Below are positions 17,061-26,403 of a DNA stretch of 64,000 nt, piece after piece; position 1 is the stretch's first letter, and every line of letters begins with the position of its first letter. Under the pieces are notes generated by a model. That model made no database searches, was not told the origin of the DNA, and worked only from the letters and a program-made list of their open reading frames with translations. A program made the translations under genes and the position numbers. Source of the DNA: Pseudomonadota bacterium (GTDB lineage: Bacteria; Pseudomonadota; Gammaproteobacteria; Steroidobacterales; SZUA-146). Location: NCBI GenBank assembly GCA_039028935.1, contig JBCCHD010000018.1, forward strand, positions 7,222 through 71,221. Reading direction: 5' to 3'.

Positions 17061-19235
17061 ATGGATCCATCGGACAACACGCTCGCACGCGTTATCGTGA
17101 CGCGACCCGTCGCGCAAAGCGATCGATTGTCGGCATTGATCAATGACGCGGGAGGCACCGCGCTGCGCATCCCCGCGCTCGAAATTCGCAGCACCGCCAC
17201 CCCCGAGGCCGCCAAAGCGGTGTTCGAGCGTATCGACGAATTTCACACCGTCATTTTCATCAGCCCCAACGCGGTGCGCCACTGCCTGCAATTTGTGTCC
17301 GCCGACCAACTCAACTCGCTTCAAACGATTGCGATTGGTGGCAGTACGGCACAGGCGATGAAGCAAGCCAACATACGCTGCGATGCTCACCCAGAGCGCC
17401 AGTTTACGAGCGAAGCCCTCTTGGAGTTGCCGGCCCTGCAAGACGTCGATAACCGAAACATCGTCATCATTCGCGGCGATGGGGGTCGAGCGCTGCTTGG
17501 CAAATCGCTTACTCAGCGTGGTGCGCACATCACGTATGCCGAGGTGTATCAGCGCATCGTGCCGGAAGAGAGTGCGACCGCACTCAACGCGCTGCTATCG
17601 ACGCAGGGCGCCGACATTATTATTGCCAACAGCGGCGAGACGTTGAGCAACATACTGAGCATGGTGCAGCCTGAGAACGAGCAGGCGCTCTACCATTTGC
17701 AGGTTGTCACCGGGAGCGCCCGCGTCAGCCAAGCGGCCACGGCCGCCGGCTTCAAGGCGCCGCCGCTTGTGGCCGATACGCCCGATGATCGCGCCCTGAT
17801 GCGCGCGATAGCGACGTGGACACCCGCCGACCGTGTGGACGAAACGACTGATGCAACCGATGCAACCGATGCAACCGATGCAACCGATGATACCGAGCTT
17901 ACGCACGGCGCAACCACCGCCCCCGAAGTACACGTTTCGGGCTCTGAACATTCTCACGACGAAATCGATTCTATGTCTAACACCCCATCCAACGATGCTC
18001 TCGAGCACGACGCAGAGACCCCCGACACGCCACATGATGTCCCCCTCGGCGAGGTTGATTCGGTGGTACCCGATCGCGATGAACCCGCACCGGCTCAACG
18101 CGTCGAACCGTCACCCAAACCCTCGCGCGCGGGCACTGGCATCGCCTGGCTAGCGTTGCTCACGGCATTGGCCGCCGCGGCTGCGAGCGCCTGGAGCTGG
18201 TTACAGCGCGACGACGCGCCAGTGGCCGAAACGCTCGACGTCGCCTCTCTTAATATCCCAAGTGAAGACGATATTCGTGCACAGATTCAGCAGGCCAGTC
18301 AGTCGCAAAATAGTCGTATCACGCGACAAGTCGCGCAGCAGGACGAGACGCTAGAGGCGGTGAGAGATGAGCAATCGCAGCTCGCGTCGCAGCTTCGCGC
18401 GCAGAAGCGCAGCGTTGACAATCTGACCGATGAACTCACCGACATGTCTGATTCCCTGAGCGCCATGCGCGGTGTCTCCGCCAGCGTGCGCAACACCTGG
18501 GTGCGCGCGGAAGCCGAGTACTTTTTGCAGACCGCCAACACGCGTCTGCAGCTTGCGGGAGACGTCAACAGCGCCGTTCAGGCGTTAAAGGCCGCCGATG
18601 AGCGCATCGTCGCGCTGGGTGATCCGTCACTGACGCCCGTTCGCGCCCAACTCAGCGAAGAACTCCTCGCACTCGAAAGCCTGCCGGAGCTCGACATTGA
18701 AGGATTGGCATTAGCGCTCAACGCGCTGGCGTCTCGCGTGACGAATCTGCCGCTTCGCAATGAAGCCGCCCGCAATTTCGAACGCGACACACAATCGGCG
18801 AGCACCTCGCCAGACGACGGCGCGTGGGACAAAATTAAAGGCGCGCTGGGTGATACCGTCGGCGGTTTCGTGCGGGTGAGCCCGACCGACGACGCCGGCG
18901 CAGCGCTGTTGGCGCCCGAGCAGGCGTATTTCTTGTATCGAAACCTGGAGCTTCAGCTGCAGGCGGCACGCATATCCGCGCTCCAGGGAAATCAAACTTT
19001 ATACGACGACAGCCTGTCCTCCGCGAAACGCTGGCTTGAACAGTATTACGACCTGGAAGACAGCGGCGTTTCGACCGTGCTCAACCGACTGGTGCAAATG
19101 CAGTCCCAGTCAGTATCTCTCGATCTGCCGGACATCTCGCAATCGCTCAACCTGATTCGCGCGGTGGTACCCACCGCGCGCAGTTCCGGCGAAGCCGCCC
19201 CAGCAGAAGGGGTTACGGAAGGCCCTGAATTATGA
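17061..19235 (+). CDS. hemD: Uroporphyrinogen-III synthase (HemD) fused in frame to a HemX-like membrane/coiled-coil protein
   Basis: The N-terminal ~255 aa are HemD-like (VIVTRPVAQSDRLSALI..., second half IIIANSGETL). An acidic low-complexity linker contains DATDATDATDAT. Then come a transmembrane segment (IAWLALLTALAAAAASAWSWL) and a HemX-type coiled-coil/C-terminal domain. There is no stop between the two parts. An internal ATG at 17973 could also initiate a separate HemX. Confidence 0.7.
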   Translation: MDPSDNTLARVIVTRPVAQSDRLSALINDAGGTALRIPALEIRSTATPEAAKAVFERIDEFHTVIFISPNAVRHCLQFVSADQLNSLQTIAIGGSTAQAMKQANIRCDAHPERQFTSEALLELPALQDVDNRNIVIIRGDGGRALLGKSLTQRGAHITYAEVYQRIVPEESATALNALLSTQGADIIIANSGETLSNILSMVQPENEQALYHLQVVTGSARVSQAATAAGFKAPPLVADTPDDRALMRAIATWTPADRVDETTDATDATDATDATDDTELTHGATTAPEVHVSGSEHSHDEIDSMSNTPSNDALEHDAETPDTPHDVPLGEVDSVVPDRDEPAPAQRVEPSPKPSRAGTGIAWLALLTALAAAAASAWSWLQRDDAPVAETLDVASLNIPSEDDIRAQIQQASQSQNSRITRQVAQQDETLEAVRDEQSQLASQLRAQKRSVDNLTDELTDMSDSLSAMRGVSASVRNTWVRAEAEYFLQTANTRLQLAGDVNSAVQALKAADERIVALGDPSLTPVRAQLSEELLALESLPELDIEGLALALNALASRVTNLPLRNEAARNFERDTQSASTSPDDGAWDKIKGALGDTVGGFVRVSPTDDAGAALLAPEQAYFLYRNLELQLQAARISALQGNQTLYDDSLSSAKRWLEQYYDLEDSGVSTVLNRLVQMQSQSVSLDLPDISQSLNLIRAVVPTARSSGEAAPAEGVTEGPEL
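17850..17885 (+). repeat. Perfect 9-bp tandem repeat GATGCAACC x4 (encodes DAT x4) in the hemD-hemX linker
   Basis: Read directly: gatgcaacc gatgcaacc gatgcaacc gatgcaacc, followed by the degenerate copy gatgatacc. Confidence 0.95.
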
Positions 19236-20467
19236 GAAAGAGCCTGCTGCTATTACTCCTAGCGATCCTGGTCAGCGGTCTGACGCATTTTCTCATGCAA
19301 GATCGCGGCTATGTGCTGATCAATTTTCGCGGCTTGGCATTCGAATCCTCGGTGCCGGGGCTTATTCTCATGCTGGCCCTGATTTATCTGTTGATACGCG
19401 GCCTGATCTATCTGTTTCGTGCGCCGCGTAAGTTCGGCCAGGCGGTGTCCGCGCAACGACAACAACGCGCCCGTCGCAAACTCAATCGCGGCCTCATCGA
19501 AATGGCTGAGGGCAACTGGAAAAAAGGCGAAGCTATGCTCGCGCAGGGCGCAAAGTCCGGCGACATGCCGCTGCTCAATTATCTCAATGCCGCCAAAGCC
19601 GCACAGCTCCAAGGCGAGCATGAACGACGCGACAACTGGCTCATGCTGGCCTACGAACACGAGCCCGATGCAAGCACCGCCGTATTGTTAACCCAAGCAG
19701 AGCTACAGATCGCACACGAACAGTACGAAGAAGCGCTGGCGACACTACGCAAAGTGGAAGACAGCAACCCCAAGCATACGCACGCCAAAGTGCTCATGGG
19801 CACGATCTACGAAAAACTGGGGGATTGGGAAAGCCTCTACGCGTTAGTACCCACGTTACGCAAAATTAAAAAGTCGCCCGCGATGGCGGACATCACACGG
19901 CTGATCGACGCCGCCAGTCGACATCAACTGGTCGCGGCCGGTGCGCAAGGCGACAAGGCGCTCGTGAACAAAACCTGGCAGGGCCTCACCCTGGCAGCGC
20001 GCAAAGAGCCTGAGTTAGTCGCGTGTTACGCGCGGGCGTTGTGCGAATGTGACGACCACGGCCAGGCCGAAAAAGTGGTGAATAAAGCGATGGGTGTGCA
20101 ATGGAGTGCGGAACTTGCCAGCCTCTACGGCAACATCGAAACGGACGCGCCGAAAAAACAACTCGCGGTCGCCGAAAGCTGGTTGCAGTCGCGCGGTGAC
20201 GACAGCACGCTGCTGATTGCGGCGGCACGGCTGGCCATGCGAAGCGAACTGTGGGGCAAAGCGCGTAGCTATTTGGAGTCATCCCTATCCATCGACCCGA
20301 AACCGCATGCCTATCAGCTCTATGGCGAACTGCTCACCCAACTCGGTGAAACCGACAATGCCACTGCGGCCTTTCGTCAGGGTCTTGCGCTCATGACGGG
20401 CGGCGTCAATCTCACACCCGTGCTGACCGGCCCCGACCAAGAAGACGACGCGCCCGCGTCAGAATAA
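19232..20467 (+). CDS. hemY: HemY-like protein (heme biosynthesis-associated TPR membrane protein)
   Basis: Two N-terminal transmembrane segments, GYVLINFRGLAFESSV, RARRKLNRGLIEMAEGNWKKGEAML and C-terminal TPR-like repeats. It overlaps the hemD/X stop. Confidence 0.8.
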   Translation: MRKSLLLLLLAILVSGLTHFLMQDRGYVLINFRGLAFESSVPGLILMLALIYLLIRGLIYLFRAPRKFGQAVSAQRQQRARRKLNRGLIEMAEGNWKKGEAMLAQGAKSGDMPLLNYLNAAKAAQLQGEHERRDNWLMLAYEHEPDASTAVLLTQAELQIAHEQYEEALATLRKVEDSNPKHTHAKVLMGTIYEKLGDWESLYALVPTLRKIKKSPAMADITRLIDAASRHQLVAAGAQGDKALVNKTWQGLTLAARKEPELVACYARALCECDDHGQAEKVVNKAMGVQWSAELASLYGNIETDAPKKQLAVAESWLQSRGDDSTLLIAAARLAMRSELWGKARSYLESSLSIDPKPHAYQLYGELLTQLGETDNATAAFRQGLALMTGGVNLTPVLTGPDQEDDAPASE

Positions 20468-20493
20468 GCAACCTCACCGCTGTCATCGCACGA

Positions 20494-21231
20494 CTAGTCG
20501 GAATGGCGCTCGAAGCGCGCAAAGGCCTCGTAGCGCCACTCTCGCATTGCTAACACAAGGGTCATACCGTGTCGTTCGGTTGACGAAACGCGCCGCTCTT
20601 CTTCGGCAATCTCGTCAAATAGCTGACCGATGGCCCGCACACGCTGCCGGATACGATCCTGGGCAGCGCGCGACAAATCGGCCATCTTGACCAGATGCAG
20701 ATCGGTGACGCCCGCAAAGGCGCTGGCGAAAAACTGATCTTGAACCTGAGATCGGAAGAAACGCTCGATCGGTCCATTGGGCTGCCAACGAAAGCTATTG
20801 CCCACCAGCGTTCGCACCCGGTTGTCGGGCAACAGTTCGATGAGCTTCATGCGATCGAGTCGAGCCAGACAACGCACGAGATCTGATTCACTAACACGAT
20901 AACGTTCGCGCACGGTATCCAGCGTCCAGTGGTTCACCATGCAGTACGCCACGAGCAGTAGCATCGGATCATCGACCAAGGCCTGTTCATCGTCGATGGG
21001 GAGTTCTTCCAGGCGCGCATCGCGCGCCATGTGAGCGACAAGATCGGCCAGCTCGCAGCCCACCCGCTCACACACCTCTTCGAGTCGCACCAGCGACATG
21101 TTGCCAGTGGCGAACATCCGTTTAACCGCCGACTCCGACAGCTCGAGATCGTCGGCCAGCATGCGATAGGTAATGTGGCGCTCCTTGAGGAGTCGTTTGA
21201 GCGCGCTGATGAGGGAGCTTCGTTGAGTCAT
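20494..21231 (-). CDS. HTH (XRE-like) domain transcriptional regulator
   Basis: From ATG 21231: MTQRSSLISALKRLLKERHITYRMLADDLELSESAVKRMFATGNMSLVRLEEVCERVG. The upstream 31 codons in the track lie in AT-rich intergenic DNA. Confidence 0.6.
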   Translation of the reverse strand: MTQRSSLISALKRLLKERHITYRMLADDLELSESAVKRMFATGNMSLVRLEEVCERVGCELADLVAHMARDARLEELPIDDEQALVDDPMLLLVAYCMVNHWTLDTVRERYRVSESDLVRCLARLDRMKLIELLPDNRVRTLVGNSFRWQPNGPIERFFRSQVQDQFFASAFAGVTDLHLVKMADLSRAAQDRIRQRVRAIGQLFDEIAEEERRVSSTERHGMTLVLAMREWRYEAFARFERHSD

Positions 21232-21363
21232 TGACTCAAAATAGTACAGTATTTTTATACTTAACGACCAGATTATTGCCTCTTTTTTTAAAATAGTTGC
21301 TATAAAATAGACTTTTGAGAGCATGGCCTCACCGTATCACTTTACGACGGGAAGGAGAGAACA

Positions 21364-22026
21364 GTGAGGCTATTACATCGAATTACGTCCACCATCACGG
21401 CCAAAATGGATCAGGCCATCACACGCGTTGAAAATCACGACGCCATCATTCAAGCCGCGATCAAACGCACTCAACACAACGCGGCCACCGCACGCGTGCG
21501 CCTGGCGCGCGTGCAAAAAGACGGCGAACTGCTGCGCAAAAAACACGAGGCGGCCCAGCAAGCGGCCGCCGATTGGGCACGACGGGCTCGCGATCGAGCC
21601 GATGACGATCGATCGACCGCATTGGAGTGTGTGCGTCGGCATCGCCTTGCCAATGACCAGCTCGACAAACTGGCCGAATCGCTCACCCAGCATGCCGCGC
21701 TCGAAAAACAGGTCACGCTCACACTGCATGATTTGCATGAGCGCATTGCGCACATGAATCAACAGCGAAACATGTTTCGGTCGCGTGAATCGGTGGCCGA
21801 CGCCAAGCGCATCATTAATGAGCTTGACGGAAACGGCAGCCTGGATATCGACGATACGTTTGAGCGATGGGAAGTCATGATTGCCGAATCCGAATTTGAC
21901 GGCACGCTGCCCGCCTCGATTGATGATCTTGAAGCGAGTTTTATCCAAGAAGAGGATCGCACAGAACTCGAGGCCGGCCTCGAACGCCTGCTGACCGAGA
22001 AAGGGGGCGACGATGCACCACAATAA
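21364..22026 (+). CDS. PspA/IM30-family coiled-coil protein
   Basis: The GTG start is preceded by GGAAGGAGAG. The sequence is a long heptad-rich helix resembling PspA (ITAKMDQAITRVENHDAIIQAAIKR...ARVRLARVQKDGELLRKKHE...). A competing antisense ORF, 21373..22041, has no RBS or motif. Confidence 0.55.
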   Translation: MRLLHRITSTITAKMDQAITRVENHDAIIQAAIKRTQHNAATARVRLARVQKDGELLRKKHEAAQQAAADWARRARDRADDDRSTALECVRRHRLANDQLDKLAESLTQHAALEKQVTLTLHDLHERIAHMNQQRNMFRSRESVADAKRIINELDGNGSLDIDDTFERWEVMIAESEFDGTLPASIDDLEASFIQEEDRTELEAGLERLLTEKGGDDAPQ

Positions 22027-23446
22027 CGGCCCCAACCGCACCCATCAAGATTTTCGCGACACCCTATCGCGCGAATCCCAAGACACCACCGCACACACCC
22101 TGCGTGTTGAGCAGGATGTTGAACGGACCATGAAAGAGGCGAACGTTTCCGCTTCAAAAGCCCGCAGCGTGCTGGACACGTTGCGGCGCTTCGCCACCTT
22201 TTCGGAATTGTTGCGCATCATCGGGGCCGCCATCATGGTGGGGTCGCTGTCATTATTCATGCTGCAGGGGTGGTTGGAAGGTAACGATATTCAACGCTAT
22301 CTCAAGCTGCTCGCCCAAACCGTTCTGCTCACCGCCGGTGGCTTCGGACTGAGCGTTTGGCTCAAAGAGCAAAAAGGGGCGCGACTGTTTTTCAGCTTGA
22401 GCCTCGCCTCGGTGGCCGCCAACTTCACCATCCTGGGCGCGCTGATTTACTCCATCGTTCAATTCGATGGTTTACTGGGCAGTTATCCCGCCTATGCCGC
22501 CTGGGTCAGTCAGTCACCGTTCCACGTGATGGGCATCACCACCCTGGCGCTGGCGATTTTGGTGCCGGTCACACGCCTGGCGTTTACCGTGCTTGCGCGT
22601 CCGGCGGCGTCCTGGCTCACCACCACTTATCTGATCGGCTGTGCCGCACTGCTGCTTCCGGTACGCGGTTCCGTTTGGTCGAGCTTACTCGCGGTGGGGC
22701 TGATCGCTTTTGTGATTTTCCGTCTCACCCGTTCACGCAACGATGATCGTTCGCCGGGCACGGCAGAGAGTCGCTTTAGTGTGCTGATGTTGTTTGCGCC
22801 CGCGGTGATTCTGTGTGTTCGCAGTTTTTACTTCTATCAAGTCGAAGAGCTGGCGATTGCGGCGATGGCGATCGCGGGGTTTGTCTTGCTGCGCCATATG
22901 TCGCTGCGAGCCCAAGAACGCGGCGTCCAACAATGGCTCGACTGCAGCGCACTGCCGCTGCCGTTTATCGCAGCCGTCGCACTGACCGCCGGTGTGCCTT
23001 CCATTCCAAGCAGCTTATTGCTGCCGTCGTTTGCGTTGTTTTTAATGCCGATGATGGGCGAACTCGTACTGCGCCGTCCAAACACCACCCGGTCGGTTGT
23101 GTTTGGACTTGTCGGAGCAACCGCGGTGTGTCTGGCGCTACTGATTAACGTGCAAGTCTTCAGTGGCATCGCGGTCGGCACGATGAGTCTGTTCGCTGCG
23201 TTGCTCGTCGTCGCGACCGGCTATTGGCTAAAGCGCACGTTGACCATGAGTATCGGTGTGGTCACCGCCGGGATCATTTTGATTGTTAACCTCGGCCATT
23301 TCTTGCAGTGGTTCCATGTCAGTAACTGGGTGCTGCTGTCCATTTTGGGTGCGGGTGCCATCATCATGGCCTCACTGCTGGATCGATACGGCGCCGCGCT
23401 CAAACTGAAGCTGGATGCTCTGCGTGCTAAACGACTTAGTGCCTAG
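22013..23446 (+). CDS. Large polytopic membrane protein (more than 10 transmembrane segments), unknown function
   Basis: Repeated hydrophobic segments run through the whole protein. The start is either ATG 22013 (overlapping the PspA-like stop) or ATG 22130 (MKEANVS...). Confidence 0.5.
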   Translation: MHHNNGPNRTHQDFRDTLSRESQDTTAHTLRVEQDVERTMKEANVSASKARSVLDTLRRFATFSELLRIIGAAIMVGSLSLFMLQGWLEGNDIQRYLKLLAQTVLLTAGGFGLSVWLKEQKGARLFFSLSLASVAANFTILGALIYSIVQFDGLLGSYPAYAAWVSQSPFHVMGITTLALAILVPVTRLAFTVLARPAASWLTTTYLIGCAALLLPVRGSVWSSLLAVGLIAFVIFRLTRSRNDDRSPGTAESRFSVLMLFAPAVILCVRSFYFYQVEELAIAAMAIAGFVLLRHMSLRAQERGVQQWLDCSALPLPFIAAVALTAGVPSIPSSLLLPSFALFLMPMMGELVLRRPNTTRSVVFGLVGATAVCLALLINVQVFSGIAVGTMSLFAALLVVATGYWLKRTLTMSIGVVTAGIILIVNLGHFLQWFHVSNWVLLSILGAGAIIMASLLDRYGAALKLKLDALRAKRLSA

Positions 23447-23463
23447 ACAACCAGCGGTATCAA

Positions 23464-23489
23464 GCGGCGGTCGCCATGGCGGCCGCCGC
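23464..23489. terminator. GC-rich palindromic hairpin between convergent genes (possible bidirectional terminator)
   Basis: gcggcggtcgcc/atggcggccgccgc: arms of ~12 bp with one mismatch. A weak T-tract (ctgattt) follows on the + strand. Confidence 0.35.
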
Positions 23490-23494
23490 CTGAT

Positions 23495-24574
23495 TTACGT
23501 CACCGCGTAGTCGAACGAATCGGTGATGACCCGGTCCGGATCAATTTGCAGATCGCGCGCCACCGATTCGATGCGCTGAATAAGACCCGGCGGACCCGCG
23601 ACATACATCATCGCATTGTCGAGCTCGACAAAGCGCTCCACCGCATGCTCATACAAGCGCCTGGGATTCTCCGCCGAATCGCGCAGCACGGGCGTATAGG
23701 TGAACCAATCGTGCGCTTGCTGCCACGCGCGCACCGCATCGTGTTCGTACAGGTCGGCCTGATTGCGCGCCCCCCAAAATAGATGGGTGGGATGCGTTTC
23801 GCCTCGCGCAATTCGCGACAGCAACATCGATTTGATCGGTGCATACCCGGTACCACCAGCCACCAGTACCACCGGACCGGCATGGGGCCGCCAACCAAAT
23901 CGACCCAGCGGACCTTCAATTCGCAAAAGACTCGTGGCCGACTCATCGAACGCAATGCGTGAAAATACCCCACCTTCGACGCGTCGGATATGGAGCTCAA
24001 GCCCCGCCGCTGCGCGAAGTGTGGCGCCGGCCTCCTCTTGATCGGATTGATCTTCCGAAGTTGGCCAGTTGGCGATTGAGTAGCTGCGTCGTCGCCCTCG
24101 ATCGAGCAGCACATCCAGATACTGCCCAGGCTCAAACACAATCGGTTGGGTACGCGGCAGCTGCAGCGACAGTTTCATCACGTCGGGCGCCACGCGCTCG
24201 CGTCGCACAATGCGGCTGGGAATTCGAATGACCGGTGCAACGTCTGGAGTGGAGTGATGCGCCACATCGATCACCAACGGGCCCTGCGGCACGATCTGGC
24301 ACAGGAGGGCCTGACCGCCCTGTCGCTGCTCAGCGGTAATGCCAGGTGGCGGTGTCGGTCGATCGTAATCGTACGGGCCCGACACCTGAGCCACGCACCG
24401 TCCGCAGTTTCCACCGCGACAGCTATGCGGCAGCGCGTGACCGGCATCCAGTGCCGCATCGAGCACACGCTGGTCCGCCGCGCAGAAAAAGGCCTTTTTC
24501 TGCGCCCGCATTTTAACCAAATGGCTTTTACTTTCAGACACTTCGATAACCGCGACACATCCCCTGCGCATCAT
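23495..24574 (-). CDS. 2Fe-2S ferredoxin / FNR-type NAD(P)H-flavin oxidoreductase (CDP-6-deoxy-delta-3,4-glucoseen reductase-like)
   Basis: N-terminal plant-type ferredoxin cysteines (HSCRGGNCGRCVAQV...ALLCQ). FAD site RRSYSIAN. NAD site VVLVAGGTGYAPIKSML. The exact start is uncertain. Confidence 0.75.
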   Translation of the reverse strand: MMRRGCVAVIEVSESKSHLVKMRAQKKAFFCAADQRVLDAALDAGHALPHSCRGGNCGRCVAQVSGPYDYDRPTPPPGITAEQRQGGQALLCQIVPQGPLVIDVAHHSTPDVAPVIRIPSRIVRRERVAPDVMKLSLQLPRTQPIVFEPGQYLDVLLDRGRRRSYSIANWPTSEDQSDQEEAGATLRAAAGLELHIRRVEGGVFSRIAFDESATSLLRIEGPLGRFGWRPHAGPVVLVAGGTGYAPIKSMLLSRIARGETHPTHLFWGARNQADLYEHDAVRAWQQAHDWFTYTPVLRDSAENPRRLYEHAVERFVELDNAMMYVAGPPGLIQRIESVARDLQIDPDRVITDSFDYAVT

Positions 24575-24763
24575 GCTACGAATCGCGCAGACTCACAACG
24601 CATAGGCGTGTCCCGGCGGCTTAGCCTAACCGCGCACCTCGGCGCCAACCTCCGGTCATGCCCTTCGATCGATCGCCGATTTATCGGGCTGCTATTCTCG
24701 ACAAAAAGGCGCACACTCCGGGGCTATGTTGATCTGCCTCATTCCAAGTGGGTACGCCCGACC

Positions 24764-25660
24764 ATGAGACACCCGACCCTTATCGTCGGTGCTGGCTACA
24801 TTGGTACTCGGCTAATTACGGAGTTATCGCAGCGCGGTGTGAACACACTCGCCGCGGTATCCCGCGAGCGCAGTGCTGCACGCCTTAAGAAAGACGGTAT
24901 TCAGGCGCTGTGCATTGATCTCGATGACCCATCCGCATCGCTCGAGCTGCCGCTGCTCGACAGTGTGGTGTATCTCGTCCCACCACGGCGCGACAGTGAT
25001 GACGATACGCGATTCGCCCGGTTGCTCGATGCGCTGCCCGACTGCGTGAGCACCGTTTTGTATGTGAGCACCACCGGCGTGTACGGCGACCAGCAGGGTC
25101 GCCGTGTCGATGAAACTTGCCCACCCGCGCCACAAAGTGGTCGCGCCCATCGACGACTCAATGCCGAACGTCTCGTTCAGCAGCATTGCGAAGCCCATGA
25201 TCGCGCCTGGTTTATCGCCCGTGTCCCTGGAATTTACGGACCCGGCCGGCTGCCACTTCAGTCTATTGCTGAACGTCGTCCGATTATTCAGTTGAGCGAA
25301 GCGAATCCAGGCAACCGAATACATCGCGATGATTTGGCGTTTTCACTCGCCGACTTGCTCACGCTCGGCCGCGACGGCGCCCTCATCCATCGCATCTATA
25401 ACATCGGTGACAACCATCACATGAGCGGTAGCCAATTCACACTCGAAGTCGCTCGTCTTGCAGATCTGACGCCACCGCCGCAGATATCGCGCGAACAGAT
25501 GAAAGCCTCCGCCAGCGCCATTCGATGGTCGTTCTTGGCGGAATCACGCCGTCTCGACAGTCGACGCCTGACGGCCGTGCTCACCAAACCCTTGCGTTAT
25601 GCCGACCCGGTCGATGGCATTTGCGCCTCGCTCGAGGCGCCAGACGACCCGGCGGCTTAA
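24764..25660 (+). CDS. NAD(P)-binding Rossmann-fold (SDR/epimerase-like) protein
   Basis: From ATG 24764: MRHPTLIVGAGYIGTRLITELSQRG (GxGxxG). The track ORF starts at 24146, but its first 206 codons are antisense to the FNR-like gene. Confidence 0.65.
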   Translation: MRHPTLIVGAGYIGTRLITELSQRGVNTLAAVSRERSAARLKKDGIQALCIDLDDPSASLELPLLDSVVYLVPPRRDSDDDTRFARLLDALPDCVSTVLYVSTTGVYGDQQGRRVDETCPPAPQSGRAHRRLNAERLVQQHCEAHDRAWFIARVPGIYGPGRLPLQSIAERRPIIQLSEANPGNRIHRDDLAFSLADLLTLGRDGALIHRIYNIGDNHHMSGSQFTLEVARLADLTPPPQISREQMKASASAIRWSFLAESRRLDSRRLTAVLTKPLRYADPVDGICASLEAPDDPAA

Positions 25661-25782
25661 CCACGTGAAATAGGTTCCAGCGCGTCATAAGTGACGCGCA
25701 CCTGTCTCGGCGTCATCCAAAAAGGCACACCGAGTTGATCAACGCGGGGCGGACACGACGGCGCGCCGAACCCGCGTTCGGC

Positions 25783-26403
25783 TTACAGCGTGAGCTCCGA
25801 CACGTCGCGATAATTGCCCAGTTTTCCGTGCACAAAGCAATTGAAGGCGATCGCCCAGCGATCTTCGCTGGCGCTATTGGTTTCCACCAGATGGTTGATT
25901 TCGGATGGAAACAACAGCACCTCACCTTGCTCAGGCGTCACCACATTCACCGGGGTGTTGTAGATGTTTTGCTTGTTTGGGTCCGGATTAAGCTCTAGGC
26001 GCTGGTACATCACGTGTTTATCAAACACCACACGTGATGGCGGATCCGGGAGCGGCGCAAAGTACAGTGAGCCTGACACCAGCGAGTTTGAGTGCGCATG
26101 CGAGTGCATGCCGACACCAGGCGGGTTGGCCAAGCCCCAAGACTGGGTAACATAGAGACGCTGAGAAATGCCCATAATTTCCCCGGCATAGGCATCGAGC
26201 GCCTGTTGCACCGCGTCTTTGATGCTTTTCATTTCAGGCTCTTCGAAGATATACAGATTCTCAGAGATGAGATTCTGCCGATTCTTGATCATTTTGAGAT
26301 TCTTAACAAAATCGATCTGATCTTGCGTAATCGCGTCGGCCAAAGAGGCCCGAAAAAACGGCGTCGCGAAAAGCGGCTGCACGTCATATTGCAGTGCTGA
26401 CAT
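25783..26403 (-). CDS. TIGR02466-like putative 2OG-Fe(II) oxygenase superfamily protein
   Basis: From ATG 26403: MSALQYDVQPLFATPFFRASL...YVTQSWGLANPPGVGMHSHAHSNSLVSGSLYF...VLLFPSEINHLVE (HxH...H-type motif arrangement). Confidence 0.6.
   Translation of the reverse strand: MSALQYDVQPLFATPFFRASLADAITQDQIDFVKNLKMIKNRQNLISENLYIFEEPEMKSIKDAVQQALDAYAGEIMGISQRLYVTQSWGLANPPGVGMHSHAHSNSLVSGSLYFAPLPDPPSRVVFDKHVMYQRLELNPDPNKQNIYNTPVNVVTPEQGEVLLFPSEINHLVETNSASEDRWAIAFNCFVHGKLGNYRDVSELTL

Noticed and set aside
17850-17894. Possible CRISPR-like or minisatellite array
   Set aside because: It consists only of 9-bp units with no spacers, lies inside a coding frame, and has no cas genes. It is a coding tandem repeat, not a CRISPR array.
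21373-22041. 222-aa ORF antisense to the PspA-like gene
   Set aside because: It mirrors the sense gene almost exactly, as expected for a GC-rich, stop-poor antisense frame. It has no RBS, and the + strand frame has a GGAAGGAGAG RBS and PspA-like heptads. The call is still not certain.
24146-24763. 206-codon N-terminal extension of the SDR-like ORF (track 24146..25660)
   Set aside because: This part is antisense to the well-supported ferredoxin/FNR gene and is Arg/His-rich nonsense. The Rossmann GxGxxG motif follows directly after the ATG at 24764.
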